64,000 nt of DNA from Octopus sinensis (taxonomy: Eukaryota), in contig NC_042999.1 in assembly GCF_006345805.1 (NCBI RefSeq), positions 68,200,001-68,264,000 on the forward strand, written 5' to 3'. This document shows, one piece after another, positions 63,831 through 64,000 of this stretch; the first letter of the stretch is position 1, and every line of letters begins with the position of its first letter. Below the pieces are notes generated by a model. That model had not been told where the DNA came from. It saw only the letters and a list, made by a program, of their open reading frames with translations, and made no database searches. Made by a program: the position numbers and the translations under genes.

Positions 63831-64000
63831 TCTGTCGAATTACAGTTGCTCCAGTCCACTCAGCCAGCAAAATTCAGTTGTAGTTCTATTTCAAAGGGCC
63901 AGCCGTATCACATTGAGCCATGCTGAATTTCACAAAAACCTACATTAAGGGTAAGCGTGTTTGTGAAGTGCTAGCCACTTGCACATTAATTTCACAAGCG

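Overview
AT-rich, repeat-dense animal genomic DNA. The SINE, MITE and microsatellite content looks like a coleoid cephalopod, probably Octopus; this is recognition of repeat families, not a search result. Two spliced protein-coding genes face away from each other. (1) A complete nascent polypeptide-associated complex alpha gene (NACA) on the minus strand: six coding exons from 25704 to 15262, 214 aa, every junction GT-AG and in phase. (2) The first six coding exons (about 305 aa) of a DZANK1-like gene on the plus strand, from 52197 to 63400, continuing past the window end. The interval between them (about 29-45 kb) keeps its CpGs and is full of nested transposon remnants (Tx1/L1, Gypsy, Tc1/mariner, hAT, MITEs with 8-9 bp TSDs, Helitron-like pieces, tRNA-SINEs), whereas both gene bodies are CpG-depleted. 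Most ORFs in the supplied track are microsatellite or SINE artefacts. The most unusual observations are: a roughly 530-bp palindromic insertion in a DZANK1 intron that joins a tRNA-like Pol III head to a Penelope-type minimal hammerhead core on each arm; a second element near 1 kb with two hammerhead-like cores; a duplicated mini-intron/micro-exon cluster in the last NACA intron; a 751-bp zero-spacer foldback element; and a probable GC-AG splice donor in DZANK1. Repeat boundaries are approximate unless a TSD is quoted.
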